From positions 2,208,001 through 2,272,000 of the forward strand of contig JASGHJ010000001.1 in assembly GCA_047602405.1 (NCBI GenBank): 64,000 nucleotides of DNA, read 5' to 3'. The position numbers and the translations under genes are program-made. Below the pieces are notes generated by a model. That model saw only the letters and a list, made by a program, of their open reading frames with translations, was not told where the DNA came from and did no database searches. Positions within the stretch are counted from its first letter, which is position 1. The number at the start of each line of letters is the position of its first letter. Source of the DNA: Anaeromyxobacteraceae bacterium. GTDB lineage: Bacteria > Myxococcota > Myxococcia > Myxococcales > Anaeromyxobacteraceae. Shown here piece by piece: positions 63,026 through 64,000 of the stretch.

Positions 63026-63564
63026 GCGCGCCCGGGGAGCCCGGCGCCGCCGAGCCGTCGGCCGCGCCCGCCCGTCCGGAGCCCGCCCGCCCCGGACCGG
63101 TCGCCCGCACCGACCACACCTTCGAGTTCACCGCCCGTGCGCCGCTCCGGGCGGCGTTCCCGCTCTTCGGCGCCTGGGGCGAGCGCGCCTGGGCGGGCGA
63201 AGCCTGGGACCCGCGCTTCCTCTGGCCGGACCCGCCGCGCGACGAGGAGGGCGAGGTCTTCACGCTCTCGCACGGCGAGCGGGGCGTGGCCGTCTGGGTG
63301 AACACCGCCTTCGACCTCGCCGCCGGCCGCATCCAGTACGTCTACGTCCTGCCCGGCACGCAGGTGACCGTCATCGACCTCGCGCTCGCGGAGGCGCCGG
63401 ACGGGGCGAGCACCCGGATCCGGGTCCGGTACCGGCGCACCGCGCTCGAGGCCGGCGCGAACGCGATCGTCGAGGAGGCCGGCCGCAAGGACGCCGCCGC
63501 GGCGCAGGAGTGGGAGGGGGCCGTCGACGCGGCCCTGCGCCCCGGTCTTCCCTCGACCGCCTGA
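63022..63564 (+). CDS. Hypothetical protein, possibly SRPBCC-like fold
   Basis: GTGA overlap with the upstream stop; AFPLFGAWGERAW..., IQYVYV, TRIRVRYRRTAL. Confidence 0.65.
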   Translation: MSAPGEPGAAEPSAAPARPEPARPGPVARTDHTFEFTARAPLRAAFPLFGAWGERAWAGEAWDPRFLWPDPPRDEEGEVFTLSHGERGVAVWVNTAFDLAAGRIQYVYVLPGTQVTVIDLALAEAPDGASTRIRVRYRRTALEAGANAIVEEAGRKDAAAAQEWEGAVDAALRPGLPSTA

Positions 63565-63615
63565 GGGCGATCGCGCCAGGAGCGCCAGGGCCGGACCGGG
63601 GTAGGCTCGGGGCCC

Positions 63616-64000
63616 ATGGCCGAGACCCCGCCGACCCTCTCCCTGCTGATCCTCGCCGTCGAGTCGCTCCCGCGGGCGCTCGCGTTCTACCGCGCGGCGT
63701 TCGGCTGGGAGCAGGTGGTCGACGCGCCGGTCTACGCCGAGTTCCGCCTGCCGGCCGGCCTGCGCCTCGGCCTCTACGACCGCCGCGCCTTCGCGGCCAA
63801 CACGGGGCGCGCCCCGGCCGCGACGCCCGCGGGCGAGCTCGCGCCGACCGAGCTGTACCTCTACCCGGAGGACCTCGCGGCGACGCTCGCCCGTGTCCAG
63901 GCGGCCGGGGCGCGCACCTTGACCCCGCTCGCGCGGCGCGACTGGGGCGACGAGGTCGCGTACCTCGCCGATCCCGACGGCAACGTGCTCGCGCTGGCGC
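63616..64000 (+). CDS. VOC/glyoxalase family protein (3' end outside window)
   Basis: LILAVESLPRALAFYRAAFGW...DWGDEVAYLADPDGNVL. Confidence 0.85.
   Translation, partial: MAETPPTLSLLILAVESLPRALAFYRAAFGWEQVVDAPVYAEFRLPAGLRLGLYDRRAFAANTGRAPAATPAGELAPTELYLYPEDLAATLARVQAAGARTLTPLARRDWGDEVAYLADPDGNVLALA

Overview
Very GC-rich bacterial chromosomal segment. Gene content and order (dnaG-rpoD-tRNA-Ile2, DUF4388/J-domain proteins, a MYXO-CTERM surface protein, eukaryote-type citrate synthase, c-type cytochromes) suggest an Anaeromyxobacter-like member of Myxococcota; this is inference, as no search was run. Most of the window is housekeeping: rpoD, RNase HI, def, priA, trmL, tsaD-rsmA, a deoxynucleoside kinase, panB-panC-smpB, GTP-PEPCK, treZ, citrate synthase, acnA and pncB, plus signalling and envelope genes. 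No CRISPR array, rRNA or prophage was seen. The most notable signals are non-coding or sub-genic: (1) a solitary REP-associated HUH/Y1 tyrosine transposase (RAYT-like) with a hairpin-rich flank; (2) a ~70-bp double-hairpin element present once intergenically and once inserted in frame in rsmA, with compensatory stem changes; (3) a second palindromic in-frame insertion in an S1-domain gene; (4) a 33-codon leader ORF that duplicates the first 12 codons of tsaD and carries a 14-nt antisense to tsaD; (5) three degenerate ~170-200-bp units in alternating orientation at 35.6-36.3 kb. Four genes carry single-base frameshifts, which may be sequencing or assembly errors.
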